Below the pieces are notes generated by a model, which worked only from the letters and a program-made list of their open reading frames with translations, had not been told where the DNA came from and did no database searches. A stretch of DNA of 63,722 nt, counting the filler, from Choristocarpus tenellus KU-1152 (taxonomy: Eukaryota; Protista; Phaeophyceae): NCBI GenBank assembly GCA_964200185.2. It is 11 parts of 11 records of this genome, joined end to end, with 100 filler letters (N's around TTAATTAATTAA, not from the genome) between each part and the next. Parts side by side here need not be neighbours in the genome. Positions count along the whole stretch, not along the records: positions 1 to 3,415 come from CAXNAD020020193.1; positions 3,516 to 6,654 come from CAXNAD020022038.1; positions 6,755 to 10,175 come from CAXNAD020020149.1; positions 10,276 to 13,100 come from CAXNAD020024427.1; positions 13,201 to 15,947 come from CAXNAD020025090.1; 6 more parts are not named here. One strand, 5' to 3'. Below are positions 1 through 13,369 of this stretch, in pieces. Numbering within the stretch: the first letter of the stretch is position 1; each line of letters opens with the position of its first letter. A program made the position numbers and the translations under genes.

Positions 1-29
1 CCCTCACCCCCTCCCAGATACTTTGAGCC
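1..29. mobile_element. MITE family A terminal fragment at the window start
   Basis: C-rich tract followed by AGATACTTTGAGCC, the same end as the full family-A copies. Confidence 0.7.
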
Positions 30-363
30 ACAAATGTGTCCTAACGGGTGATTCTTTCATGTTTCCAACGTGTACATCTGCCCGTACTTGTGATTCATAG
101 CTCTAAACAAACTCAGGGATAGTAGAGAAACATGAGAATGAAGAATGGTACAATTTTCACTCCCATTTGTACCATGACCTCACCAACATTCCCAGTAGAT
201 GGAGATGCATAAATATCTGGAAGTAGGAAGAGAATTAGACATAGATAATTTGATCTCTTTCACAACTCATGAGATCTGGGACTACAACAAAGTGCTCTTT
301 TTGTAGCCTACTGAGAGGTGGTCCATAGATGATATAAATTATTCTACTTGTTGATCTGTGTAC

Positions 364-2944
364 CTTTTCAAGGTTGAATTGCCTCGAGCTAAGGTTGGCA
401 ACAGCCCTGAGCTGCTTTGTATTGTCTAGTGTGCTATCCAGGAGCTTGGCCTTGAGCTCATAACTTCGCTCCTCTAGTCTCTGCAGCTCTGCTGTGTGCT
501 TAGCTTCAATGTCCCCCAAACGGCGTCGGGCTTCATCATGACTCATGCCCGAGCTCACCTTGCAGGCAGGGACAAGGCAAAAGCAATGTAGATTGGTTAC
601 ATCGGGGCGTAGGAGGGGCGTAGATATTGCTTGAGGTTTCTTGGGTGTAGTTGTCATGTGTCTTGACGCTACTGTAGATGACCAGTGTTTGCCATAGAGT
701 ACAATAATCACTTTAACAAACCCTCATTGTCATGAGCTTGATTGTCACATTGTTCATACCACAAATATGAGGAAAAGGAGAGCTTGATGAGCAACCAACC
801 CTCTAACCAGAAGAAGAAAATATTGTCTTTGCTCGTCTTGCATATGGCACCCTTCCCTATTGAAAAAGCTACACTTGTTCTAGGGCGCTACATTATGTAC
901 CAACTGACTTAAAAACATATCTGCACTGACAAAACCTTCAAACACTGTTGTAGATCGGACTCCTCTGGGAAATACTTGCATTGGAAAACTAAGGTTATCT
1001 GAGTTGAGTCTAGAGCTGTGACTGATCCTCGACTCTAATTTGATGCCTAAGGTCTATTTTGTCGCCTCGCGACCACTATAGAAAGTGCTCACTTTGTCGA
1101 TCATCTCTAGATTTATGAGCTGCCCAAATTTGAGCATCTGCAACTCATTGCATCTTGCAATATGGTCCTGCATTTCTGCCTCCTTGAAAACCTTGGCTTT
1201 GTCAAGACGTGTGCGATCGCGGTGAAGATCCTGGAGAAAAAAATCATCCAAAAAACAGAGAGCAATTACAGAGGATAATAGGAGACATACTGGAATTGTT
1301 TACAGGTGAGCGTGTGGGGGATAAATTCGTGTGAGCAATGCACCAAAAGCATTGAAGTTTTCTGCGCTGGCCTGCTCTAGAGCAAGAGTTAGGGCCTTGT
1401 GGGACAAGTTGGATAATCAGACGTTTTGATGTACCCTTTCATGGGCAGTGAAGGGAACCACTAGTGTATTCTCACTATGGGAAACACAAGGCTTAGGCAG
1501 AGTAAAATAATATGCTGGATTAGGATTGATAATATGCAATATAGATGAGTGACTTGTTGAGGAGTAATTTGAGGTGGTGGGGGTACCCTCTTGGACCAAA
1601 ATAGATGAAGGCAATTTAAAGAGGGTTTGTGCTGGGTAGGGAGTTCGCTTTGTGTGTCGCTTCTGGTTATAGGACAACAGAGATGGTGCTTGCCTTGAAG
1701 TTATTCTTTTCACTCTTGATCTCCTGAATAAGCTCCGAAATGCGACATCTCAATCCCCCAAGCCCAGACCTGGTAAAGAGTATGTGTGTACCCATGCTGG
1801 CATTGGCAACCAGCTTGGGTCGTGTAATAGACATCCTCCTCCTGTCCACAAGTTACCAAGAAACAATTTTTGTTTGCTGTTGTCGTTTGGGGTTACATCA
1901 TTAACAATCTTTTACTCAAGTTGTAGGAGGATCTTCAGATTTTGCTTCATAGTGGTGTTCAATCTCTTGTTTCTATTCAAAGCCACACAGTGATTATAGA
2001 AAAAATAGACAAAGGTTGTCCCCTTCAACGGCAACAGGGTATTACGATCTTGGCTAATACTGGAGAGTCTGGTTCTTGCTTCCTTAGCATCTCTTTTTTA
2101 TCTCTTCTACCAGCTGTGTAGAAAAGGTGCTACACCCTTCTAAAGGTCGGCCATTGGCACCTGGGCTTGTTGCTCATACCCTCACTCCCATGTTCTTCGC
2201 CCCCTCCAACTTCCCCACCTTCCCCTGCGCCTGCCATACAGTAAACCTGATTGATTTTTAGTGCCACATACACATCAAGCTCGTTCAGCTTGGCCTGCAG
2301 GGGAGAGTGAGGGTAAGAGGGGTTGGGGAGGCGCAATTAGGTGCTAAGATGTGAAATGAGGAATACCATGCTACGCACATCATGTGGGGTGGTTGACACA
2401 GAAATAAATGGTTTGAATAGTAAATCTTCAGTCAATGAAGAGATCAGGAAATATCACTACTGCTCTTTTCTTTTTTCACCTTGTACATTACTTTAGTGCT
2501 GATTACAGATTACTCTCGAGTGCACTATAGAATAAACTAAGCACAAACTGAGATGTAGAGTTTGAGGGAAAGATCCACAATTGCTCGTTAGAAGCAAAGA
2601 CAGTACTTTGAGTATTTTATGTTGACCTCGACAATACAACCCTCCCAAGAGTGGGGCAAACCTCTGTGCCATCCATGGGCAGTTTGCACTGCCCCTTTCA
2701 TCATGTACATGGCATGACGCATTTGTTGCCATGAGACAAACACTTGCACTGAAATCCATCTGGTTGAAGCTCCCTTGGCAGTCAGCAAGGATGACAGCAA
2801 CAACAATACACTATACCCAAATTCCAAACAGGAGTTATGGAACTTGCAAGAGTGGCATCTCCTAACCTGCTTCTTGGCCTGGTAGGCCTTGATCTCACTC
2901 GCTGTTTGCTTCAAGTCCTTATCAATCTGACGTTCACGAGTTAC
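364..2944 (-). CDS. CFAP44: Cilia- and flagella-associated protein 44 (WDR52), internal C-terminal coiled-coil exons, partial at both ends. Exons 2944-2867, 2294-2161, 1841-1694, 1230-1093, 558-364
   Basis: Phase-consistent exons translate to VTRERQIDKDLKQTASEIKAYQAKKQ|AKLNELDVYVALKINQVYC...|...HILFTRSGLGGLRCRISELIQE...NNFK|DLHRDRTRL...CNELQMLKFGQLINLEMIDK|VSSGMSHDEARRRL.... The LNEL.V.V.LK..Q and LQMLKFG..I.LE motifs match the CFAP44 C-terminus. The intron after 1694 has a GC donor. Confidence 0.85.
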
Positions 2945-3322
2945 CTAGGAGAGAGATTTTGAGGGCAGAGAGCAAAGTCATGGATGTGTGAGGATCTGCT
3001 GTACATCCAAAGGTCACAAAAGAACTTTAAAATCCCCAATCTTGTTGGTCTGCTGCTACCCAGTCGGGTACATACCTACCATTTATTACAACTCTGCTCA
3101 GAGTTACGGGCTATGCACCACATGTGACTGGGGTTTCCACTTGTGTGGTATTCTCACAAGAACATGTCCTCCCCACTCAAGCGTTTAACACCCACAACAC
3201 ACAACCCCCCCCCTCAGTACCCCTCATTTCTCCTTCCACAACAGATTGCTACTGTGACAAACTTTCTCACCACATTTCCCACATAAGTTCTGGACTTAGA
3301 TGAAGACATGGGATCAAGCTGA

Positions 3323-3415
3323 GACCCAAAGTATCTGGGGGGGGGGGGGGATCTGCACCAGGGTGTCCATTTGGGCCGTAACCAGGAAAAGTGCACTTAC
3401 ATTATACATCCGGCG
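3323..3415 (+). mobile_element. MITE family A, left half, cut by the contig end
   Basis: GACCCAAAGTATCT-polyG-...GTGTCCATTTGGG...AAAAGTGCACTTACATTA aligns with 4320-4498. Confidence 0.85.
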
Positions 3416-3515
3416 NNNNNNNNNNNNNNNNNNNNNNNNNNNNNNNNNNNNNNNNNNNNTTAATTAATTAANNNNNNNNNNNNNNNNNNNNNNNNNNNNN
3501 NNNNNNNNNNNNNNN
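3416..3515. other. Artificial contig linker. Identical linkers at 6655-6754, 10176-10275, 13101-13200, 15948-16047, 28918-29017, 38351-38450, 45611-45710, 48665-48764, 56966-57065
   Basis: Each is exactly 44 N + TTAATTAATTAA (stops in all six frames) + 44 N. Confidence 0.97.
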
Positions 3516-3783
3516 CTCTCCTCCAGCTTGACTTCCTGCTAGGTCATGAACTCCTTCAGATCCTCGTATGATCTCCCAACACGATCCTTAACACCAGGTT
3601 CCAGGTCCCCCTCACCGTTCATCACTCCTTGAAGAACTGCATGATCCAGTACATTGTCCACGATCTCAACACTAAGTTCCTCCTTCAATTTGATTAGAAA
3701 ATTACTCCTATCTCTACCCCACCGGCAGGCCTTGCAAGCCACCACAACAATGACAGCTGTAACCTGAGAGAGAGTATCGAGGC

Positions 3784-4042
3784 GAGTGAAAGTATCGTAG
3801 AAGGTACGAGTTTTTCCCTGTTTGTCCATTTGGGGTTTGACTTCCGACGGGTTGTTAATGACATTTTACCTACCCCAAAATGTTTCGGAGTAGGTAAAAT
3901 GCATACATTATGAAAAGGTGTGTACGGAACAAGGATATTGACATCCCCCAACAAACATGATAGCCAAAATTACATTAAAATTGCGACATTGGATTTTGTC
4001 CCCCAAATGGACACGACTCTGCCCTCTAAGATGATTTCACTC
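3784..4042 (-). mobile_element. MITE family B, full length (~259 bp)
   Basis: TIRs GAGTGAAAGTATCGTAGAAGGTA / CCCTCTAAGATGATTTCACTC and a central hairpin CATTTTACCTAC...GTAGGTAAAATG; aligns with eight other copies. Confidence 0.9.
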
Positions 4043-4319
4043 TGCACCGACCAAGACAATTGTGTCAAAGAAACCTCAGTATCTTGTGAGCAAGTTTACC
4101 TGAACATGGTGGCACTTCAGAAGATTTGAAAATACTTAACATACCTTACGGTAATCACATGCAAAATTTAGAACTAGAATCTACTAATGAGTAAAAGATC
4201 AACGATTGAACATTAATAAAAACATTTTCCCTTGATGCAGCTCAGGTGTCAACCACAAGGCACAGGTCTTGCACAGATCTTGTGCCAGCACATATATACC
4301 CTAATGATAGGCAATCTGA

Positions 4320-4498
4320 GACCCAAGGTATCTGGGGGAGGGGGGGGGTCCACACCTGGGTGTCCATTTGGGTCAAAATAAGGAAAAGCGCATTTACATG
4401 ATCCATCGGACATATGAAACCAAATCACCAAAAAAACGTGATATGAAAAAAGTGACCCCAAATGGACAGCCGCCACCCCCCTCCAGATACTTTGACCC
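4320..4498 (+). mobile_element. MITE family A, full length (~179 bp)
   Basis: TIRs CAAGGTATCT-polyG / polyC-AGATACTTTG with inverted subterminal GTCCATTTGGG / CCCAAATGGAC. Confidence 0.9.
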
Positions 4499-5879
4499 GG
4501 ACTACTCTAAATTTCCAACAAGATATACTGAGCAGCATCGATGTTGTAACAGTAACATTGGTCATACACAAGGGAAAAAAAATATGTTACTAAATGCAAA
4601 CACTGAATCAAGGGAAACTGTAACATTTAAGGTGTGGCACTACCGATTACTAGTATATCCATTCGGGAAAAAGCACTAACACCAGTGGTCCTCAAGATTG
4701 CCTCTCTGCATAACAGGGTACAGCTTCTTCACCCACTCTTTGAGTGTCAAGGAAGGGATACAACCGACTGTCTAGACCGCATGGTATCACCTTGTGATCC
4801 AATGGGCACAAAAAGTAAAGTCGTATCTATTTTCTTACCCATCCTTTGGCACGGTTCACTACCCTCTGACTTCATCTCTTGAAACAGTTATCAACAGCAG
4901 CAGTCTGTCTCTCCTCGACACAAACCTGTGCGAGACTAGGAAATTGGTAGCCCTTAGCTCGCATGGCATTGAGCTTCACCAAGATTCCCTTAACAGTTTT
5001 TGACATCCTATCAAAACGTTATCAAAATGTTGCTCCAATGACTCTTTCCTCTCTATGACTGCATCCTCTCCCTCTACGATTCTTGGATCATGTTTCCACC
5101 TCCAGAAAAGAAGCCCCAGGTACTGATCCTTGAACAGCACCTCTAGTATCTTTGACAACTCCAACTTACAACCAATAGCGGTATCCGAATATTGCTGACC
5201 CATCACATGAAACTCAATACAAGCCTCGCTGTTCAGCGTAGTCCCACGGCGCAGGTACAACAGTACCTTGGGCCCCCCCATTCTAAGTGAAGCTCCATAC
5301 CTCCAGCACACATGGAGCGGCATACCAGCACGTTCTATGTTCAGCGACCTATTAGCAGTCTAAGTAAACCTGCTAGAAAATTGGATTAGAAATCAAGAAG
5401 AATCTCCCGTTGCTTGACTGTCATCGAGAATTGAAGGGCAACGAGCGACAGACACGATACCAAATCCATCAGTTCCTGTTCTCTGTTTGCAATTTTCTTC
5501 TCAACCTATGACCTGAAACACCATGAAAACAACCAACCTGCCATCTAAGATGATTCCAACCTGCTATTCGCCGTCCCCATGACCACCCGTGAACGAGGAC
5601 AACCACACGCCCCAGGACGACAACAAACGAAATTTATACAAAATCTACGTGTTGGCTTTACCCCTTTCTTGGTAAGTGGTAATAATCTATTATCAATGAG
5701 TAGTGAGTTGATAGGTAATGTATGGTTAAAATTAACCCCTGAAAGATTAATTGGAAAGACGAAAAAATATATACAAAAAAATAATCTGTCCATTCTTCAA
5801 ACTCTCTACAAACACCTCACCTCTCCAACCAAACTTTCAAAATCCAGAACTTTTCACTTACCCAGCAAATTAAAAAAAG

Positions 5880-6210
5880 TCCCGTCCACTGCCCAGACCA
5901 GTCCGACAATAATCTAACATGTACTAGTCCATGTTCACTAGGTATTAAACTGGTCCATGCACACCCTCTGGTCCAGGCCGAACATGCTCTGACATGTCCG
6001 GACCATGTCGAATGGGTATTGTACCAGTCCATGTCCACCAGCAGGACTGCGTTCAGTATTCTCTAATATGTCCGGACCATGACCACTGCGTATTGTACCA
6101 GTCCATTTCCACCTGCCCCACAGTCTAACTTTTTTTCCTTGCGTGTCCAAACCATGGCCGTCCACCAGTTCAATTTCTTTCTGGCGTGTCCGGATCATAT
6201 CCACATGCTC
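5880..6210. repeat. Array of short degenerate motifs (GTCCGGACCATG / GTACCAGTCCAT), possibly a transposon subterminal region
   Basis: Repeated gtccggaccatg, gtaccagtccatgtccac and gtccggatcat variants across about 330 bp. Confidence 0.5.
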
Positions 6211-6779
6211 TACAAATCCAGCTCTCTATTTCATTTGGCCTTTCCATGCGAACAATGAAAATGTGTATGACATATTGAAGGATAACTTATGCTCCATTAT
6301 TTGCATATAGATAGCACCCTTTCAAATCATCTCCAGACCTCCTTGGTTCGAAATCATTAATAACATACACTTTTGATTAAATATTACTATACCCTCTGAA
6401 ATTTTGGAGATGTGTCAGGGAAAAAGCCAAACCAATATCACAAGTACTCCTGTAAAAGTTACAGTTGTCATAAATGTGAAAGATGCCTCTCTAAAATCTA
6501 TTTACGATTTGAATATCAGCTATACAACGAACACTCCCTTAAAGCTTGGAAATTACGATGTTATGTGTACATTGCTGCTATGCCTCGCCCTTACATAACT
6601 GGTTGACGAGATAGGGAAGCATCCTAAGAACCTGACAGGCCCCTCCTTGCCCAANNNNNNNNNNNNNNNNNNNNNNNNNNNNNNNNNNNNNNNNNNNNTT
6701 AATTAATTAANNNNNNNNNNNNNNNNNNNNNNNNNNNNNNNNNNNNNNNNNNNNTGGTATTCAGAGACATTTGGGCACC

Positions 6780-9700
6780 CTTCCTATGCGGGGGGGTCGA
6801 CGGGGGGGTTGCCATACCGACGTTCTGACCATTGATGTGCCCAGTTCTGGTCTCAAAATAGCCCCAAAAGACTCCTACTTTGAAGGCTTGAATCACCTCG
6901 AGTTTGTTCCTGATGATCCTCGACCCTCATCCTTTCTGAATGCTGACATTGTCTACCCGATTTCATTCTGTGGGTTATCGTCCGATTCGGCGCCAGTCTT
7001 GCTCTGCGAGCCCAGATGTTTCACGGCACAAACTTATGGCACAGTGATAGTATTAAAAAAACGGGCAACACATTCCGTTGGATGAGATTATTCAAATACA
7101 ATGAGAGACTAACTTCCAACTTCCTCCTTGAAGTTCGAAGTAGGTTCGTAGATTATGAGGGTTCTATGACAATGATAGTCATCATCTTGATCAAACTCTC
7201 TTGAAACATTGACACAGCAACTGCATCATGAGTATTCAGCGTGCACCACAATTTTAGCAACTGTGAAGATATTTCTTGGTGTGTTCCTCCCTAGTCTAAG
7301 GCCTGGTGTTCTTCTTAGCTCTCCTGGTCTGAGCATTTTTTTTCAGGAGTATCTTCTTCAGTACTGAGCATCTCCAGTACAATGATAAGCACAGTATTGA
7401 AGAAGTGATTAAGCAACAACGAACTAAGAAAGCACCCTTCGCGGAGGCCTTGTGCAATAATACTGAATCAGTCTGAGTATTCCCCATTGTCCATCTGGAC
7501 ACAAGTCCACATTCCGACATAGAATTGATGAATGATTGGAATCTTCTTAGCTGAAATACCAGATTTGGTCTGTACTGACAATAGAAGGTCTTGATCGAAA
7601 GAGTCACACTCCTTCTACAGGTCAATGGAATTAAATATACGTACAGAGACCTTTTCTCGCTCGAGTTCCAGCATGACACTTGCCAAGTATATCATGTTGA
7701 TGATCGATTATCTAGGTTCCAATCCGGATTGCGTTATTGGTAATATACCCTCCTGCTCAAGGTAGGTTCATGGGCGTCGGGCTCGAAGTATCTTGGGGGG
7801 GTGGTGGCTGTCCATTTGGGCCCAAATTTTTCCATGTCGCGATTTTTGGGAGATTTGGTTGCGTACGTCGGATGGATAATGTAAGTGCACGTTTCCTGGT
7901 TATGACCCAAATGGACACTAGTGTAGACCCCCCCCTCTCCCAGATACTTTGGGTAGTCGTGCAACATCTTTAGATTTGCCAGGATGAAATACCAGAGTGA
8001 TACCCCTGTAGTTCCCACTGTCAGCTCGATCCTTCTTCTTGTGGGTGGGTTTAATGACAGCGCCCTTCCATTTCTGAGGGAGATCCTCTGACTGCCACTC
8101 AGCAAGATTGATGTGAAAGACCTGTTAGTAGTTAGTGCTGCTGATACACGTAGACACCACCAGTGGATTAGATAATAGGATGGAGAGCCAGTGACATATA
8201 TTATATGTACTGACTCATAGCGTTGATTGGTTCTTACATCAGATTCAAGATACACTTTCTATACTTAAGACAAGTAGATAAGTTATTCATAGCAAATTGG
8301 TGAGGACGATTACAAACCCCACACTGCAGAATAATAATATGGTAGTTTAGGCTAGTCTCATCCACATGCTCAGTCAGCGGAATCGAGACCATAAAGGCCC
8401 TTGTAATATTGACTTTGTTCATCTACATCAAGCTATTCTTTGTCCTTCATTAAAGCACCATAAAAGTCGCGGGTCCAGTGTGCGATAATTCAACAAGACC
8501 TTCAGGTGAAGGCGGTCCCCATCAAGTCCCAGCTTCGGGAGTTGCACTGGAAGGTCATTTGGGTCAACAGCCTCTTGGTTGGCCAGAGAGTGTATATGGC
8601 ACTCATCTCTTGCCCAATGGTAAATTCATCAAGTGGCAAGTAAGGGTGTAGTGGATAGGGCGAGTTGATGATACTGGGGTCGAATTTGATCGATCTTACA
8701 TTCAACAGTATTTGGAAATTCTTCCTTCTTCACCCAAGACTAGGTAGGTTCTGGTTCTTGTAGTGATCTATCCATCTCATCTCGAATAAATGGAGGGTGA
8801 CCCTGTTTGCTCCCGTCCATATCGAAGACTTTCAGAAGTTGATAGAACCAGCCTGAGCTCCATGCCGAGTACGTTCTTCCATCTCTGAGATGTAAGGCAA
8901 TAAAGAAATCCTGCACAGCTGAGGACACCACTTGCTCCAAGCCCTCGCTACCCATCTTCAAGACCTTTTTGAGACTATGGCTTTATGGTTCGACACATAG
9001 CTGCATCCAGGCACCTTCCCTTGTTCGCCAAGCTTCAAGAATCCTTTCTTAAACCTCAAGGTCGGCAAACCATCCTCGAGAAACAGCCGTTCGTGTTGGG
9101 GGTTGGATCAGTCTAGTGGCAGTCTCCGGCATACATGCAGTACACATGGATGCAGTGATATCAAGATCCTCTCAATCACCAACTCTTGAAGACCAAGGAA
9201 CTTCTCAGCAAATAGCATTCGATTGTGCGGTCTGCAACTCAAGATCCGAGTTAAGAGTATGACGATCTAAGAGGATCTGTTTCTTGGATGGGCATATCCT
9301 TCAATTTGGTGCAAATTGTCCATGGAGTTGAGCTGACATTGGCACAATTTGGTGATTTGATTTCAGGACAGGATATACCATCACATTCCGAATGAGTTTT
9401 CTGTCGACTTGGTATGTGATAATGTAATCAAGGCGGCGTCTCTCACCCTTCGACCTCAAATAGTTATGGGAGCTTTGGCCTTTAGTTGTGCTGAAAAATG
9501 TGTTGATGAGTGCAAGTTTGTGCATCCTAGCAAATGTCGGCAATCGGACATCACCCATCATCATTTAGCTCATCACATCTATAAGTCCCCAGAACCAGGT
9601 TATTACCCACCCTCCCCTTCACTTTTCCTTTCAGTTCTAGCGTTCGTATCCATTAAGATACGCAGTTTCTCCTTAGACGTCACCTGTTCTACAATCTTTT

Positions 9701-9920
9701 CGAGGTTTATCTAGAAGTGATCCTTCTATATCCTTTCGGTGTTTGGCTGTAGGGTCAATCGGAGTATATGCCACGATGAATGAGACCACACTTGAACCAC
9801 CGGGGAAGGGGATCCAAACTTTCGTCAGTTGGTAGCCGATGTATTCCTGCTCAAAGTCCTCTTCTCGTGCAAACAAATGTTCCACCGCCAATCCAACATC
9901 ATGATTCCCTCATCTATCGT
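6780..9920 (-). mobile_element. Decayed LINE (AP endonuclease + reverse transcriptase, RTE-like), many stops and frameshifts
   Basis: APE motifs VSFIVAYTP, LALINTFFST, RRLDYIIT; linker WFYQLLKVFDMDG and LNVRSIKFDPSII; RT motifs PQKWKGAVIKPTHKKKDRADSGNYRGITLV, GLREGCFLSSLLLNHFF, and a decayed YADD (LNTHDAVAVS). Confidence 0.9.
7780..7955 (-). mobile_element. MITE family A inserted into the LINE RT, with a 4-bp target-site duplication GTCG
   Basis: TIRs present; GTCG at 7776-7779 and 7956-7959. Confidence 0.9.
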
Positions 9921-10275
9921 TGCCTCCACTGAATAGCGCATCCGATGGAGTGGGCCTGTAGTGGTATCGTGTCCGCGTGTCTCGCCCTGTTCACGCCATT
10001 TACGGCCATCATGTGGGCATTATCTCAATGGTAGGCCTCTTCGGCCATCCAGATATCATTCGCACTGAAGCCGTCCGAGAGAAGTTCCTCATAGGAGCGT
10101 TCTTAATTGACTGGTCTTTCACTTGTCAACGCATCCAAACAGTGGGTATATCGACAATGAACGATGAAACGGCTCNNNNNNNNNNNNNNNNNNNNNNNNN
10201 NNNNNNNNNNNNNNNNNNNTTAATTAATTAANNNNNNNNNNNNNNNNNNNNNNNNNNNNNNNNNNNNNNNNNNNN

Positions 10276-10318
10276 GTGAAAAACGGACGCCGACCCCCCC
10301 CCCCAGGTACTTTGACCC
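10276..10318 (+). mobile_element. MITE family A right-end fragment at a contig start
   Basis: GGACGCCGA-polyC-AGGTACTTTGACCC. Confidence 0.7.
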
Positions 10319-11472
10319 TCAAAATTTGAAATAGGGAGGTTGACTAAAGGTGGGGCAGGAATCAACCCAAGGGGGCATTTTTTGTACTTGAGAGCATGTG
10401 GGCATTGTGTGTGTTTGTACGGGCGATCACGTGTCAATCAATGTAGTGTGGGGGACAGTAACATCATATGCGCCTAATCTGAATTAGGATTGCACATGAA
10501 GAAAGTAATAACTTAAGAATTCCGAACGTAAGGGGCATGTTCGTGCTTTCGCCAAAGCTGGTACAAGGGATCTTGGAATTGTTTATAGAGAGAAGCGCAT
10601 AGGAACAAATTGGGCAAATGCGTTCCACACCGTGAACGGCTGGTTGCCGATGAGGGGTGTGGATCTGGAATGGGCGTGTAAGCTATGGTAAGTTATGCGA
10701 TAATGGTTGGGTGGAGGGCCGTGACTAAGCGGTCATACAACTGCTTGGGTACATGATGGCACAAGCATGTTATTACAGGCTATGCGAACGGATTAATGTC
10801 GCAACATTCGTCATGGGCACTATATAATGATGGTATTTGAGAGATTGGACGTTCGGGAACGCTCTTGAATGAGCTGTGCAGAGGGTGTACCTTTGTTATA
10901 CGGAACTCACCTCCAGCTTTCCTCTGGAGGCATGGCGGCGTTCGGTGGTTGGACAAAGCCTCTCCTTTAATCGAGTGATGTCTGCATGGGGTGGGCACAT
11001 TGTGAATGGGACAGGGAAAACCGGCAGTAGGAGAGAGAAAAGGTTTTGCGCATCGGGTTAGGTCCTGAGAGCATGGCAGGTCGCGGTCGGGTTACATCCT
11101 CCTCGAAGGGTACGCACCTGATGTCCTTTCACAAAAAGGAACTCCTGTTGTGTTTTTTCCCTCTGACATGACTGGTGTGTAGGGTTACGTACAGCGCACA
11201 GGGATAGAAGCAGATGAAATCGATCCTCCTAGAAGGGATACACACCTGGTCTCCCCTGACCAAGAAAGTACAGTGGTGTCCACCTCTTTCGATACGGTTG
11301 TATCAAAATTGCTCAATTATATACGACACGAACAACCCCCCTTTCTTTATTTTGTGTCTGTAGGTAGGTGGAAATGGATAGGAGGTCTGCGATGACATTG
11401 AAATAGAACAAATACAGACCTTATTTACAAAAAGTTGAAAAAGAAAAACTATAGATACAACTCTCCATCCTC

Positions 11473-11638
11473 TATTACTTCAGTAGTGTGATAGGGTCAA
11501 AATGTGGAGTGTACATATTTTCTCATATGTCCACATTTGAAGAATTATATTATAGTATTACTTCATGAGTGTGATGGGGTCAAAATGTGGAGTGTACATC
11601 TTTTCTCATAAGTGCGCATTTGAAGATTTATATTATAG
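11473..11638. repeat. Tandem duplication, about 83 bp x2
   Basis: TATTACTTCA...GGGTCAAAATGTGGAGTGTACAT...CATTTGAAGA.TTATATTATAG occurs twice in succession. Confidence 0.85.
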
Positions 11639-12339
11639 TGCAAAAAAAAAGAACGTTCGCCAAACCATACACGTGACCAACCCCCACACTCGTTCACTCA
11701 CTCAACAACTAATCAATGAGGCACAACAATATAGAGCATTCGTTGTCGCCGTTCGTGGAGAGGATCATAACCATAGCACCACAGACATGGGATGGCCACC
11801 CGTCAGCCACTACCGGATCTGGCTAACATGGAGAATGAACTCGTGGACTCTGGAGGAGTAGACCCCGCGACATCCTAAGGGTAAGTCCAGGCCTCCATCA
11901 CTGTTAGACATACTCCAATGTAGGGTAGGCTTTCTGTAAATACAGCAATGAGGGATTAGCGCTTGAAGAATAAACGTACTTTATTATATGGTACCATATG
12001 CTTCAAAAATCCCACATCTAGATCCGAATTAGAGACACGTGGTGTTCACCAGTTACACAATAGCTCAGAACCGGTGACGCACATGTCCTCCCTTCAACAA
12101 CAAGACAAAACCTCTCAATGAAGAACATAATATCCGATACACCAATCCCGATATGTATCGATGATTGACGATATTCCTGCCTTCTATCTATACCTAGCCC
12201 TAAACCTAACCCTCCCCCCAACCCTAACACTGTATATCTCAACCTCAACACCATCCCTGACCATTACAACGCCAAGTCCATGCCAACACATCCTTCACTC
12301 TTCCTTCATAAACTTACTTAATGCAGTTTTTGGCATCCT

Positions 12340-12720
12340 TTGCCGCACGACAAAGTAATTTAAGTTGTGGTCGGTGCACAGAAGAAAATATTGGAAGGCA
12401 CACTCCACCAATACATCGACCTCAACCGTCCAACAAATCAACCCTAGTCTCCCATTTTCCATACGCCAAGAGACACCAATTATGGTCTGTACATGCGGTG
12501 ATGTATGCAGAGGTACACCCCACCAAACGTTCGTTATTCCTTTGTCCCAAAAACCAGCCCTTAGACCACAATTTGTCGTGCCACAAAACACACAAATTGT
12601 AGTCAGTGCATACGTGAATATGCTCGAAGGCACAACCCACCAAACGTTCGTCATTCATCGTCCAAAAACTCGACCACAGCCTATTATCTGCCATAGGACA
12701 AACCCACTTATTTTGCATTG
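12340..12720. repeat. Degenerate tandem repeat, about 116-bp period, ~3 copies
   Basis: Anchor GA(A)GG(C/T)ACA..CCACCAA at about 12394, 12510 and 12626, each preceded by TT(G/A)T(G/A)GTC.GT(G/A)CA. Confidence 0.75.
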
Positions 12721-12813
12721 TCCTCTATGTGGTTTACGAAATGTTCCTATAATATTTTTGGTGTGGCCCACGTTTGCCCGCAAACGCGATGCATACCTTT
12801 TGCAGATGGTCTA

Positions 12814-13071
12814 TGTCAAAGCACCTTAGAGGGTAGAGCAGCGTCCATTTGGGGGCCAAAATCCAATGTTGCAATTTTGATGTAATTTTGGCTATCATGT
12901 TTTATAGGAGATGTCAATATCCTTGCTCCGGACACACCTTTTCATAACGTATACATTTTACATATTCCGAAACATTTTGGAGTAGTTAAAATGTCACTAA
13001 AAACCTGTCGGAAGCCAAACTCCAAAAGGACAAACAGGGAAAAATTCGTACCCTCTAAGAAACTTTCACTC
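12814..13071 (+). mobile_element. MITE family B, full length
   Basis: TIRs ...TTAGAGGGTA / TACCCTCTAAGA...; TCTA on both flanks (possible target-site duplication). Confidence 0.9.
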
Positions 13072-13200
13072 TCTAACAGAGGCGGTTTCAGCCCTCACGG
13101 NNNNNNNNNNNNNNNNNNNNNNNNNNNNNNNNNNNNNNNNNNNNTTAATTAATTAANNNNNNNNNNNNNNNNNNNNNNNNNNNNNNNNNNNNNNNNNNNN

Positions 13201-13369
13201 TTCGAAATGTTTAGGAGTAGGTAAAGTATGTATGTTATTAAAAGGTGTGTCCAGAACATGGATATTGACACTTCATCACAAACACAATAGCCAAAGTTAT
13301 ATCAAAATCGCAACATTGGATTTTGGCCCCCAAATGGACCCGGCTCTACCCTCTAAGATACTTTGGCTC
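13201..13369 (-). mobile_element. MITE family B half copy abutting the DUF3638 pseudogene
   Basis: Ends in TACCCTCTAAGATACTTTGGCTC directly before the helicase-like coding sequence. Confidence 0.88.

Larger units (their letters stand above)
3516..5480 (-). mobile_element. Possible decayed gag-like region of an LTR retrotransposon, interrupted by MITEs
   Basis: Intronless protein-like minus-strand frames with stops and frameshifts (GFGIVSVARCPSIL..., MPLHVCW...), and a possible degenerate zinc knuckle (FLCPLDHKVIPC) near 4780-4820. No RT or integrase motif seen. Confidence 0.3.

Noticed and set aside
3460-3471. Recurring TTAATTAATTAA as a biological repeat or piggyBac target site
   Set aside because: Always centred in an exact 100-bp N block; it is an assembly linker.
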